A DNA stretch of 64,000 bases, taken from positions 178-64,177 of the forward strand of contig ONLU01000019.1 in the NCBI GenBank assembly GCA_900318795.1. Direction: 5' to 3'. A program made the translations under genes and the position numbers. Origin of the DNA: an uncultured Prevotellaceae bacterium. GTDB lineage: Bacteria > Bacteroidota > Bacteroidia > Bacteroidales > Bacteroidaceae. Within the stretch, counting starts at the first letter, position 1, and every line of letters begins with the position of its first letter. Positions 37,865-47,452 of the stretch are shown piece by piece. The notes beneath the pieces were generated by a model, which was given only the letters and a program-made list of their open reading frames with translations, made no database searches and had not been told where the DNA came from.

Positions 37865-38863
37865 TTAGGGTAACTTGCGGAATATGGTAACTCTCAGCAA
37901 GATTTCCAGCAACAGCAACAAGACGGCAGCCAGTGCAAAGGGCTGGTAGGCCTCATAGCGCTTGCTGAACTTCTTGACGTTTAACTTCGACTTCTCGAGC
38001 TTGTCTATCTCCTGGTAGATGTTCTGCAACTCACGGTTATTTGTGGCACGATAGAAGTCACCCTCGGTTGCATGGGCTATGTCCGAGAGGGTCTTGGTAT
38101 CTATCTCCACGGGAATATTGACATACTGCACACCACCACCAACCTGCATGGGATAAGGTGCCACCTTGTTGGTACCGACTCCAATGGTATAGACGCGGAT
38201 GCCCAGGCTTTTGGCTATCTCGGCAGCGGTCATTGGCGACAGGTCACCACGGTTGTTGGAACCATCGGTCAACAAAATGACCACGCGGCTTTTGGCCTTT
38301 GAATCCTTCAGACGCGAAACGGCATTAGCCAGACCCATACCGATGGCGGTTCCATCCTCGATAAGTCCACGGGCAGCAATATCCGTCCGCACACCCTGAA
38401 GCAGGTTGAGCAGCGAGGAATGGTCGGTAGTCATTGGGCACTGAGTAAAAGCCTCACCGGCAAAGATGCTCAAACCGATGTTATCGTTGGGACGGCCGGT
38501 AATGAACTCAGCAGCCACCTGTTTGGCGGCCTCTATGCGGTTGGGCTTCAGATCTTCAGCCAGCATGGACGTCGACACATCCATAGCCAGCATAATGTCG
38601 ATACCCTCGACCGTCTGATTCTTCCAGGAGTTTTGTGTCTGCGGACGCGCCAGAACCAGAACCACCAGCACAAAGACGGCCATACGGAGCAGAGGCTGCA
38701 GGGGCATAAGTGTAACCTTCCACGAGCGGGGAGCAAAGCGATAGGCATTAGTATCGCTCATACGCATGGTAGGCTCACTCTTCTTCCTATACATAAGATA
38801 CCAAATGAGATAAGGTATCAGCAGGACCAGCAGCAACAGATATTCTTTATTGGCAAATTCCAT
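37865..38863 (-). CDS. batA: vWA-domain aerotolerance protein BatA
   Basis: LARPQ, DVSTSM MIDAS, GTAIGMGL, LLTDGSNN and YTIGVG motifs. Confidence 0.92.
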   Translation of the reverse strand: MEFANKEYLLLLVLLIPYLIWYLMYRKKSEPTMRMSDTNAYRFAPRSWKVTLMPLQPLLRMAVFVLVVLVLARPQTQNSWKNQTVEGIDIMLAMDVSTSMLAEDLKPNRIEAAKQVAAEFITGRPNDNIGLSIFAGEAFTQCPMTTDHSSLLNLLQGVRTDIAARGLIEDGTAIGMGLANAVSRLKDSKAKSRVVILLTDGSNNRGDLSPMTAAEIAKSLGIRVYTIGVGTNKVAPYPMQVGGGVQYVNIPVEIDTKTLSDIAHATEGDFYRATNNRELQNIYQEIDKLEKSKLNVKKFSKRYEAYQPFALAAVLLLLLEILLRVTIFRKLP

Positions 38864-38903
38864 TTCTTCTTTCGTTATTCCTTTTTACGTTATACCGTCG
38901 TTG

Positions 38904-39947
38904 TCACACCAACAACTGCCAGACACTATAGACAATATAGCAGAACAGTAGGACGGCTACCGACACAATACCCCAGATAACTATCTTCAGCACGCGACGC
39001 TCCTTCTGCGAACGCTGGTCGGCCTCTGACAGCACGGGCTTCTGAACCTCCTCAACAGGCTGGTTCTCTAGCTTAGTTTGGTTAATGAAGTCGATGGCAC
39101 TGACCAGATTGGCATCGTTCTCGTTTATCATCGTAGAGTATTTGGCAAACTTCACCAAGTCGGCAGTCGTGAACAGTTGGCGAAGCTCGTCCAGTGACTG
39201 TTGGTCACCGGAAGCTGTCAAACGTTCAATAATCTCTGAGCTAGTCATCTCCATGGCGGAGAACCCATAACGTTCCTCAATGTACTTACGCAGGGTGTCG
39301 GTTAGCTTGGTATAGTACTCCTTGGCATTCTCAGAAGCAACCATACGGTCGGCCTTGATTTGTTCTATCTCCTTCATGGCCTTTTGGTGAGGCAACAGGC
39401 GTTTCACAATTTTTATATGTGAAATGATGGGCTTGTTGTCGCGCAGACGCAGATAAAGATAACCGCATAGGGCTATCAACACCAACAACAGCACACTGAG
39501 CCAAAACGACAAGCTCCAGTCGCTCCACAGGAAGGGATTATCTTGTACATCCTTGGGTGGAAAGAACTTGTTCAACTGAGTGGTATCGACCTCTACCTCA
39601 ACAACCTTCAGCGCCAAGTCGGCACTCTGTTGCTCCTTGCCGTTAATCTTCACCTTGAAGGGAGGCAGGTGGTACAGGTTGCCGTCAAACGAGGTCAGCG
39701 TAATGACCATCGTACGATCTGAAGGTCGCTGGGTGTTCAGCACTTCAACGTCAGGAACCAGCATCTGACGAGGCTGAAAAGTGGGCCACTCCACTTTGGC
39801 ATCGTCAGCAGCCTGAACAGTCAATGTAACTGTTGCCTGCTCGCCAATCATCATTTCTATCGGCTCTATGTTTGCCGTAACAGACGATTGAGCCAAACAA
39901 TGCAACGTACTGGCTATCAAGATTATTAATAATACACACCTTCTCAT
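38904..39947 (-). CDS. Bat-operon membrane protein (hypothetical)
   Basis: Signal peptide, two TM segments, YYTKLTDTLRKYIE, EMTS and ADLVKFAK; between DUF58 and batA. Confidence 0.8.
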   Translation of the reverse strand: MRRCVLLIILIASTLHCLAQSSVTANIEPIEMMIGEQATVTLTVQAADDAKVEWPTFQPRQMLVPDVEVLNTQRPSDRTMVITLTSFDGNLYHLPPFKVKINGKEQQSADLALKVVEVEVDTTQLNKFFPPKDVQDNPFLWSDWSLSFWLSVLLLVLIALCGYLYLRLRDNKPIISHIKIVKRLLPHQKAMKEIEQIKADRMVASENAKEYYTKLTDTLRKYIEERYGFSAMEMTSSEIIERLTASGDQQSLDELRQLFTTADLVKFAKYSTMINENDANLVSAIDFINQTKLENQPVEEVQKPVLSEADQRSQKERRVLKIVIWGIVSVAVLLFCYIVYSVWQLLV

Positions 39948-40816
39948 CAGCTTCGTTGTTTAAACAGCATCAGCAACGCTTTCACATAGTCCTCATTGGT
40001 AGCAATGCTCACCAAATCGACGTTGCTCTTGTTCATGGTTTCGCGCAACTGTTGCTGGCAGTTGTTCCAATACTTCTGGTGGGCCTGACGCAACCGTTTG
40101 CTCGACGTGTCGATATACTGTTCATATCCCGTTTCGGCATCCACCACACGCATCAGGCCAACGTCAGGAAGTTCACGGGCACGGAGGTCATAGACCTGCA
40201 GAGCCACCACATCGTGCTTACGATTAGCAATCTGCAAGGGTTGCAGGAAGTCCTGTCGGTCATAGAAGTCGCTCAGTACAAAAGCCGTGCAGCGGCGTTT
40301 CGACACGCTGGTCAGGAATTCCAGCGCCTGTTTCACATCGGTACGCTTGGATTCCGGCTTAAAGTCCAAGAGTTCACGGATAATGAAGAGAATGTGCTTG
40401 CGTCCCTTCTTAGGGGGTATATACTTCTCTATACGGTCTGAGAAGAACACCACGCCAATTTTGTCATTGTTCTGGATGGCCGAAAAAGCAATCGTAGCAG
40501 CAATCTCCGTAACCATGTCGCGCTTCATCTGGCGCTGTGTACCGAAGTCCAGCGAACCGCTGACGTCTATCAATAGCATTACCGTCAGCTCGCGCTCCTC
40601 CTCGAACACTTTGACATAGGGACGATGGAAACGGGCTGTTACGTTCCAATCAATATCGCGCACATCGTCGCCATACTGATACTCGCGCACCTCCGAAAAA
40701 GCCATACCTCTGCCCTTAAAGGCCGAATGGTACTGACCGGCGAAGACGTTCGAACTCAGGCCACGAGCCTTAATCTCTATCTTCCGTACTTTCTTTAATA
40801 TCTCGCTAGTTTCCAT
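39947..40816 (-). CDS. DUF58 domain protein
   Basis: GRGMAFSEVREYQYGDDVRDIDWNVTAR, EEERE and DVSGS motifs. Confidence 0.92.
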   Translation of the reverse strand: METSEILKKVRKIEIKARGLSSNVFAGQYHSAFKGRGMAFSEVREYQYGDDVRDIDWNVTARFHRPYVKVFEEERELTVMLLIDVSGSLDFGTQRQMKRDMVTEIAATIAFSAIQNNDKIGVVFFSDRIEKYIPPKKGRKHILFIIRELLDFKPESKRTDVKQALEFLTSVSKRRCTAFVLSDFYDRQDFLQPLQIANRKHDVVALQVYDLRARELPDVGLMRVVDAETGYEQYIDTSSKRLRQAHQKYWNNCQQQLRETMNKSNVDLVSIATNEDYVKALLMLFKQRS

Positions 40817-40854
40817 ATTCTAGTTTGACTAGATTATACTAGTTTGACTAGTTA

Positions 40855-41850
40855 TCAGGGCACCTCCACCTTGTTCACAATCTTCGATACAATCTCCTCG
40901 CTAGTGACGTTAGAAGCCTCCGCCTCATAAGTCAGACCGATGCGATGGCGCAGCACGTCGTGAGCCACCGCACGTACATCCTCGGGCACCACGTAACCAC
41001 GACGCTTGATGAAGGCATAGGCACGAGCAGCCTTAGCCAGATTAATACTGGCACGGGGCGAGCCACCAAACGAAATCATGTCCTTCATATCTTTCAAGCC
41101 ATAACGATCGGGGAAACGGGTGGCAAACACGATATCGGCAATATACTGTTCAATCTTTTCGTCCAGATATACCTCACGAACCACCTTACGAGCCTTTACG
41201 ATTTCGTCTGCCGTAGTCACGGGAGTCACCTTAGGCAAACCGCCGCCTATGTTCTCACGGATAATCTTCTTCTCTTCTTCAATCGTGGGATAGCCGATGA
41301 CCACCTTCAGCATGAAACGATCCATCTGAGCCTCAGGCAACGGATAGGTACCCTCCTGCTCAATAGGATTCTGTGTAGCCATCACCAGGAACGGGTTCGG
41401 CAGTTCAAAGGTATCGCTGCCAATGGTTACCTGCTTCTCCTGCATGGCCTCCAGCAAGGCACTCTGCACCTTGGCCGGAGCACGGTTGATTTCATCAGCC
41501 AATACGAAGTTGGCAAACACGGGTCCTTTTTTTACCTGGAATCGCTCGTCCTTTTGTGAGTATATCATCGTACCCGTCACGTCGGCAGGTAACAGGTCGG
41601 GCGTGAACTGAATACGGCTATAGGTAGCGTCTATCAGTTGTGCCAACGTCTTGATGGCCAGCGTCTTTGCCAGACCAGGAACACCCTCCAATAGAATATT
41701 ACCATCACTTAGCAGACCAATAAGCAATGAGTCCACCAAGTGTTTCTGTCCTACAATCACCTGATCCATACCCGTCACAAGGTTGGTCACGAATCCACTC
41801 TGTTGTTCTATCCGCACATTCAGTTCGCGGATGTCAATAGCTTCTGCCAT
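40855..41850 (-). CDS. moxR: MoxR-family AAA+ ATPase
   Basis: EGVPGLAKT, RIQFTPDLLPAD, LADEINRAPAKVQSALLEAMQE and ATQNPIEQEGTYPLPEAQMDRF motifs. Confidence 0.95.
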   Translation of the reverse strand: MAEAIDIRELNVRIEQQSGFVTNLVTGMDQVIVGQKHLVDSLLIGLLSDGNILLEGVPGLAKTLAIKTLAQLIDATYSRIQFTPDLLPADVTGTMIYSQKDERFQVKKGPVFANFVLADEINRAPAKVQSALLEAMQEKQVTIGSDTFELPNPFLVMATQNPIEQEGTYPLPEAQMDRFMLKVVIGYPTIEEEKKIIRENIGGGLPKVTPVTTADEIVKARKVVREVYLDEKIEQYIADIVFATRFPDRYGLKDMKDMISFGGSPRASINLAKAARAYAFIKRRGYVVPEDVRAVAHDVLRHRIGLTYEAEASNVTSEEIVSKIVNKVEVP

Positions 41851-42116
41851 AATATTACTTTGTTTTACTTTCCTTTTAATTTTGGATGCAAAAGTACGCA
41901 TTTTCCCCGTTATTACGCACATTCGCATACATAAATAATATTAAAAGAGTTTTCTAAAACTTACTTTCCTGTCCCACACTCCCTGCCAGTCCTCCTTGCC
42001 CAGGCTCCCACTCCTCCTTACCCATAATACGAGCCCCCCCTACTCAAACTCTCACTCCACCCTTGTACATGGCTGTTGACAGATGACTGTTATCAAGTGA
42101 ACTGGCACAAATTATA

Positions 42117-42149
42117 GAGGACTCCCCTCTTTTGATGTGAAAGTCCTCT
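42117..42149. terminator. Possible hairpin after the HU-LysM gene
   Basis: AGAGGACT...AGTCCTCT inverted repeat. Confidence 0.4.
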
Positions 42150-42176
42150 ATTTCTCATTTCGTCAACTCAAGACTA

Positions 42177-43415
42177 TTATCTGCGCCTAGTCTTCAACTG
42201 GAGCTTGGGAATCTTGATGACTTGTCCTTCCTTAAGTTTGGGATTCTGTGACAGATTGTTGTACACTTCGACATAGCACTCCATATCGGGACCGAGGTTG
42301 CCTCGGCAGATACTGTAGAAAGTCTGACCTTTCTGCACCTTCACCTCGTGGGATAGACCGACAATGCGATAGGCTCCTAAGCGCACACGAGAATCTTTCT
42401 CTGCATACTTGTCATAGTCTTCAGCAGGTTTGGCATCTTTCTTCTCAACCTTAGCGGAAGCCTGTACCACAGTCTGCTGGAACTTGGCTGGAGCCTGAAC
42501 AGGTTCAACCCTTGGAACCTCTGCTGCTGGCTTCTGAGGTTCAGGCTTGATGTCTGGCTGTTCGGTTCGAGCCGGCTGTGTAGGAACAGTATCTACTGGG
42601 ACTGCGGTTACGGTATCGTGAACCACAACGGTATCAGGTTTAGATGCAGATATCAGTGTCTTATAACTACCGTAATAATAACCGGCAAGGCCCGAAACAG
42701 CCATCAAAAACAAGGAAAGGACAGCATACAAAACCCAATGCCCCATCAAATGGGTACTTGCAACTGGTTCATCAACCTGTCTGGCAACGGAGTCTTCAAC
42801 TATATGAGATTGTACGTCTGCTGCTTCCTGAGGTTCAGGTTTCGCTGCCTCTATGGGTGAAGGGGCTTCTGCATGCTGAGCCATCGATTCTTCCACCACT
42901 TCATGTATTGGTTCTTCCGCCATTTCTGGCATTGTTTTTTCTGTCAACTCTGGGGACGAGACCTCTGCTTCCTGAGAAATGCTTTCTTCTTCCACAATCT
43001 CTATCAGAGGTTGAACAGGAGTAGTTTCCTGAGGAGTATCCTCAACGGACTCCTCTTCTTCAGGTTCTTCGTCTTTAATGTCGTCAAACTCCACTCCGTC
43101 GTTCAGGACTACAGTTTCAAACTGAGAAAAGGGCTTGTTGACCAATTCTTTCATCATGGCATCAGGCGTAAACGACACCTTGGAATGGCCGCTGATAGTA
43201 ACGCGTTCACCAGTACGGACGCTAATGCTCTCACGAGCCTCAACATCAATGATCTTGAAAGTGCCGAGACCTTTGATCTTTGCTAGCTGATCAGTTTCCA
43301 AACGCTCTTGAATCAAAGCGAACATGGCTGACACAAACTTATTAGCCTCGCTCTTCTCAAAACCATTCTTTTCGGTCAAGACAGCCGCAATCTCTTGTAT
43401 AGTCAGCTTCCCCAT
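42177..43415 (-). CDS. HU/IHF domain - acidic linker - TM - Pro-rich linker - LysM-like protein
   Basis: N-terminal KIKGLGTFK...RTGERVTI...VSFTP; TM WVLYAVLSLFLMAVSGLAGYYYG; C-terminal VKVQKGQTFYSIC...YNNL...LKEGQVIKIP. Confidence 0.82.
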   Translation of the reverse strand: MGKLTIQEIAAVLTEKNGFEKSEANKFVSAMFALIQERLETDQLAKIKGLGTFKIIDVEARESISVRTGERVTISGHSKVSFTPDAMMKELVNKPFSQFETVVLNDGVEFDDIKDEEPEEEESVEDTPQETTPVQPLIEIVEEESISQEAEVSSPELTEKTMPEMAEEPIHEVVEESMAQHAEAPSPIEAAKPEPQEAADVQSHIVEDSVARQVDEPVASTHLMGHWVLYAVLSLFLMAVSGLAGYYYGSYKTLISASKPDTVVVHDTVTAVPVDTVPTQPARTEQPDIKPEPQKPAAEVPRVEPVQAPAKFQQTVVQASAKVEKKDAKPAEDYDKYAEKDSRVRLGAYRIVGLSHEVKVQKGQTFYSICRGNLGPDMECYVEVYNNLSQNPKLKEGQVIKIPKLQLKTRRR

Positions 43416-43417
43416 GA

Positions 43418-43699
43418 TTACTGTCCTCCTTTCAGTTTATCCTTCCATGTCTGATTAGGCTTGAAACCCAACACCAATTTGGGCGGCACCAACATCCGCT
43501 GCCCAGAAGCTGGATTGACGATGACTCGCTCCAGTTTTTTCTTAGGTTCAAAAGTTCCAAAGTTTGGCACAAGCACGGCATTATCCTCTTGGAAAGCGTC
43601 ACCCATGGCATTGATGATGTTGTCTACCAGTTTCTGGGTGTCCTTGGGGCTGTAACCTGTGCGTTCAGCCAACTCGTTAATAAATTCCTTGTTATTCAT
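43418..43699 (-). CDS. HU-family DNA-binding protein
   Basis: MNNKEFINELA, NFGTFE, VNPASGQ and FKP motifs. Confidence 0.92.
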   Translation of the reverse strand: MNNKEFINELAERTGYSPKDTQKLVDNIINAMGDAFQEDNAVLVPNFGTFEPKKKLERVIVNPASGQRMLVPPKLVLGFKPNQTWKDKLKGGQ

Positions 43700-43720
43700 T
43701 AGCAAATCATGCTTTGTACG

Positions 43721-45022
43721 TTAATCATGCGTTTCTCGCGTGGTCGCGTATAAGTCAAACTCCTCTGCGTCGGTCACTCGGACTTGATAGAATTCGCCGA
43801 TGGTCAATCCTTCGTCAACAGGTATGAGCACCTCTGGGTCAACCTCAGGCGAACAGAACTCGCTACGACCTACATACCAATCACCCTCCTGGCGATCGAT
43901 GACCACACGCAGAGCCTGACCTATCTTTGAAGCTTCTATTTCTGCAGATATGTTCTGCTGTACACGCATGAGTTTATCCAAACGCTGTTGCTTGACCTCG
44001 GCAGGCACATCGTCCTCATAATGAAGTGCGGAATAAGTACCGTCCTCCTCGGAATAGGCAAAGGCTCCCAAGCGTTCAAAACGAGCCCATTTGGTAAATT
44101 CCAGCAACTCACGGAAGTCCTCGTCTGTCTCTCCAGGGAATCCAACCATCAGCGTAGTACGGAGATGAATGCCGGGCACTTCCTCGCGCATACTGCGAAT
44201 CAGTTCGTAAGTATCTTCCTTTGTCACGTGGCGCTGCATACGGCTCAACATGTGGTCCGAAATGTGCTGCAAGGCAATGTCCAGATAGTTGCAGACATTC
44301 TTCTTCTCACGCATGACGCGCAAAAGGTCCCATGGAAAATGAGCCGGATAGGCATAGTGCAGTCGAATCCACTCAACTCCCTCGATATCGGCCATCTTCT
44401 CTATCAACTCTGCTATGTGCTGCTTGCCGTCAAAGTCGACACCATAGTAGGTCAGTTCTTGGGCAATAACCTGGAACTCCTTGGTGCCTTGACTGACCAG
44501 ATAGCGCACCTCCTCCAGAATGTCTTCCATAGGACGACTCTGGTAGCGGCCCGTAATCAACGGAATGGCGCAATAGGCGCAATGTCGGTCGCAACCCTCA
44601 GAAATCTTCAGATAGGCATAATGTCTGGGCGTAGTAATGTGGCGGAGACCTGAGCAAATAGCCTCTGAAGAGAGGTCTTTCAACAACTGCTTATAGTTGA
44701 ACTTGCCGTACCAGCCATCCACCTCAGGAATTTCTCTCTCTAAATCAGCCAAATAGCGCTCTGACAGACAGCCCATCACAAACAATTTCTGTAGCCTGCC
44801 CTCCTCCTTGGACTGAGCCAGTTCGAGAATAGTATCGATGCTCTCTTGCTTGGCATCCTCAATAAATCCACAGGTATTCACCACAGCGATGTCGCCTTGA
44901 GGATTCTCTGCATCATGAGTTACATGATAGCCATTGGCCTCGAAGAGACCCATCAGGCTCTCTGAATCAACCAGATTCTTGGAACACCCTAGCGTGATAA
45001 TATCTATAGTGGGCTTAATCAT
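43721..45022 (-). CDS. rimO: Ribosomal protein S12 methylthiotransferase
   Basis: LGCSKNLVDSE, NTCGFI, AYLKISEGCDRHCAYCAIP radical SAM motif and TRAM domain. Confidence 0.95.
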   Translation of the reverse strand: MIKPTIDIITLGCSKNLVDSESLMGLFEANGYHVTHDAENPQGDIAVVNTCGFIEDAKQESIDTILELAQSKEEGRLQKLFVMGCLSERYLADLEREIPEVDGWYGKFNYKQLLKDLSSEAICSGLRHITTPRHYAYLKISEGCDRHCAYCAIPLITGRYQSRPMEDILEEVRYLVSQGTKEFQVIAQELTYYGVDFDGKQHIAELIEKMADIEGVEWIRLHYAYPAHFPWDLLRVMREKKNVCNYLDIALQHISDHMLSRMQRHVTKEDTYELIRSMREEVPGIHLRTTLMVGFPGETDEDFRELLEFTKWARFERLGAFAYSEEDGTYSALHYEDDVPAEVKQQRLDKLMRVQQNISAEIEASKIGQALRVVIDRQEGDWYVGRSEFCSPEVDPEVLIPVDEGLTIGEFYQVRVTDAEEFDLYATTRETHD

Positions 45023-45971
45023 GCTTGAATAATGAGTCTACAAACTGTGTCTTATTGAAGAGTTGCAAGTCCTTCATGCCTTCGCCCAAACCAATATACT
45101 TCACGGGTACCTTCAACTGGTCGCTGATGCCGATGACGACACCACCCTTAGCGGTACCGTCGAGTTTGGTAATAGCTAGTGAAGTAATCTGAGTGACAGC
45201 CGAAAACTGCTTGGCCTGCTCAAAAGCATTCTGACCCGTTGAGCCGTCCAGCACAAGCATTACCTCATCAGGAGCAGCGGGCAGAACCTTCTTCATCACC
45301 TCTTTTATCTTCTTCAACTCATTCATCAAGCCAACCTTGTTGTGCAGTCGGCCAGCTGTATCTATCAGCACCACATCGGCATCATTGGCCTTAGCGCTCT
45401 GCAAGGTATCGAAAGCCACCGAGGCAGGATCTGAACCCATCTGCTGTTTGATTACTGATACACCTACACGTTCGCCCCAGATACACAATTGCTCGACAGC
45501 AGCAGCACGGAAGGTATCGGCTGCACCCAAATAAACTTTCTTGCCAGCCTGCTTGAACTGCCAAGCCAACTTTCCAATAGTAGTGGTTTTGCCCACACCA
45601 TTAACACCTACAACCAATATCACGTAGGGCTTATGGTCCGAGGGAAGGTCCCAATTGTCATTATCCTCACTGTTGTTTTCTGCCAACAAAGAGGCTATCT
45701 CATCACGCAGGATAGCATTTAGCTCGCTGGTCGACACATACTTGTCACGAGCCACACGTTCCTCAATACGCTCTATAATCTTCAATGTGGTCTCTACACC
45801 AACATCCGACGTAATCAACACTTCTTCCAGATTGTCAAGTACGTCGTCATCAACCTTTGACTTGCCAGCCACAGCACGGGCTAACTTGCCAAATACGCTG
45901 GTCTTGGTTTTCTCTAAACCTTTGTCCAACGTTTCCTTCTTATCCTTACTAAAAAATCCAAAAATACCCAT
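45015..45971 (-). CDS. ftsY: Signal recognition particle receptor
   Basis: GVNGVGKTTTIGKLA, DTFRAAA, DTAGR and TKLDGTAKGG motifs. Confidence 0.96.
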   Translation of the reverse strand: MGIFGFFSKDKKETLDKGLEKTKTSVFGKLARAVAGKSKVDDDVLDNLEEVLITSDVGVETTLKIIERIEERVARDKYVSTSELNAILRDEIASLLAENNSEDNDNWDLPSDHKPYVILVVGVNGVGKTTTIGKLAWQFKQAGKKVYLGAADTFRAAAVEQLCIWGERVGVSVIKQQMGSDPASVAFDTLQSAKANDADVVLIDTAGRLHNKVGLMNELKKIKEVMKKVLPAAPDEVMLVLDGSTGQNAFEQAKQFSAVTQITSLAITKLDGTAKGGVVIGISDQLKVPVKYIGLGEGMKDLQLFNKTQFVDSLFKHD

Positions 45972-46092
45972 AATGCAATATATTACGTCTGCAAAGTTAG
46001 TGCAAACCGAGCGAAAAACCAAAAGAAATGTACTTTTTCTTTTGTTTTTCCAAGGCAAAACTTCACTTGACAATAACTGAACTACATAAAAA

Positions 46093-46123
46093 ATAAGGCT
46101 GCAACCAAACATCGCAGCCTTAA
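46093..46123 (-). terminator. Hairpin after the rpmB-rpmG-DUF4295 operon
   Basis: TAAGGCTGC...GCAGCCTTA with an A-run giving a U-tail on the minus strand. Confidence 0.65.
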
Positions 46124-46143
46124 ATTTATCGGAAATCCCAATA

Positions 46144-46302
46144 TTAGTTCTTGAAAAAGTCCTTAACAGCCTCGTTAGGAACCATCTGCTCGTCAAAGAT
46201 GTAAGCACCAGTCTTGGGGCTCTTTACCATCTTGATAACCTTTGTATAAGCGCGACCATCCTTTGAGCCTTCATGGAGGGTAGCGACGGTTTTCTTTGCC
46301 AT
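46144..46302 (-). CDS. DUF4295-family small protein (52 aa), absent from the ORF track
   Basis: Translated by hand: MAKKTVATLHEGSKDGRAYTKVIKMVKSPKTGAYIFDEQMVPNEAVKDFFKN; usual position after rpmG in Bacteroidetes. Confidence 0.88.
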   Translation of the reverse strand: MAKKTVATLHEGSKDGRAYTKVIKMVKSPKTGAYIFDEQMVPNEAVKDFFKN

Positions 46303-46315
46303 GCTTTAAAACAGA

Positions 46316-46507
46316 TTATTTAATCTCCTTGTGCACAGTCATGCGCTTCAGGATTGGGTTATACTTCTTCAGTTCCATTCTCTCTGGGGTGTTCTTACGA
46401 TTCTTGGTCGTAATGTAACGGCTCGTTCCGGGCAGTCCACTCTCTTTCATCTCAGTGCACTCCAGAATCACCTGAACGCGATTACCCTTTGCTTTCTTTC
46501 CTGCCAT
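46316..46507 (-). CDS. rpmG: 50S ribosomal protein L33
   Basis: [22 protein letters not shown]. Confidence 0.96.
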   Translation of the reverse strand: MAGKKAKGNRVQVILECTEMKESGLPGTSRYITTKNRKNTPERMELKKYNPILKRMTVHKEIK

Positions 46508-46512
46508 CGTGA

Positions 46513-46776
46513 TTAGTCTCCTATAACTTTAATGTCCTTCCAGTCTACAAAACCTTTAGCAACAGCCTGCTTCAGGGCAGCATCCAGACCTACCTTGTTA
46601 ATCATACGCAGACCAGCGGCGCTGATCTTCAACTGAATCCAGCAAGCCTCCTCTACATAGTAGAACTTCTTGCTGAACAGGTTTACATCAAAGCTACGCT
46701 TGGTGCGGTGCTTTGAGTGAGACACATTATTTCCAATCTGTGCCTTTTTTCCCGTAATCTGACAAATTTTCGACAT
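46513..46776 (-). CDS. rpmB: 50S ribosomal protein L28
   Basis: [10 protein letters not shown]...GNNVSHS...TKR. Confidence 0.96.
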   Translation of the reverse strand: MSKICQITGKKAQIGNNVSHSKHRTKRSFDVNLFSKKFYYVEEACWIQLKISAAGLRMINKVGLDAALKQAVAKGFVDWKDIKVIGD

Positions 46777-46828
46777 CTCTATCTACTTTTTTTGTGTTCC
46801 TTAATTGTAACTTATTCCAAACAGGGTG

Positions 46829-46868
46829 CAAAGGTACAAAAAAGTTTAGAGTTTAGAGTTTAAAGTTC
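46829..46868 (-). promoter_or_regulatory. rpmB promoter -7 element (TACCTTTG, 46829-46836) with an adjacent heptamer array (46841-46868)
   Basis: Plus strand reads AAAGTTT AGAGTTT AGAGTTT AAAGTTC. Confidence 0.65.
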
Positions 46869-46895
46869 GTATATTTCTCTTTCTCTTAATATTTT

Positions 46896-47408
46896 TTAAC
46901 CTTCCAACTCATCTGGTTGGGGTTCTGTTCTCAAAAAATCAAGGAAAAGCTCCATCGCCTTGTTAGTAGCAATGGCCAGATTAATGTCCCGTCCGTGGTC
47001 TTCCTCCACCTTCAAGGTCACCTGCTTATCTGGAGTACCACAAGCCAGCCATATGGTCCCCACAGGATTCTCCTTAGTGCCGCCTCCAGGACCAGCAACG
47101 CCTGTAGCAGCAATGGCATAGTCAGTATTCAGTGTCTTACAAGCACCTTTTACCATTTGTTGGGCAACTTCCTCGCAAACGGCCGTCTTTTCAGCCAACA
47201 AGTCGCCGCTGACACCCAGCAAAGACATCTTCACTTCGTCGACATAAGAGATGATACCGCCTTTGAAGTATTTCGAAGCACCGGGAACAGCAATAATTGC
47301 TTCAGCTATTCGCCCACCCGTACAGCTTTCTGCCGTGCTGACGGTCTTATCCATTTCCCACAGCAACTGACTAATCTCTCTGCTGAAAACCTTACTTTCA
47401 AAATCCAT
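46896..47408 (-). CDS. CinA/PncC-family NMN deamidase
   Basis: TAESCTGGRIA, PGASKYF, ATGVAGPGG and PVGT motifs. Confidence 0.9.
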   Translation of the reverse strand: MDFESKVFSREISQLLWEMDKTVSTAESCTGGRIAEAIIAVPGASKYFKGGIISYVDEVKMSLLGVSGDLLAEKTAVCEEVAQQMVKGACKTLNTDYAIAATGVAGPGGGTKENPVGTIWLACGTPDKQVTLKVEEDHGRDINLAIATNKAMELFLDFLRTEPQPDELEG

Positions 47409-47452
47409 ATTATTTACAATTTACTATTAACATTTTTGTTTATTGTAGGCAT

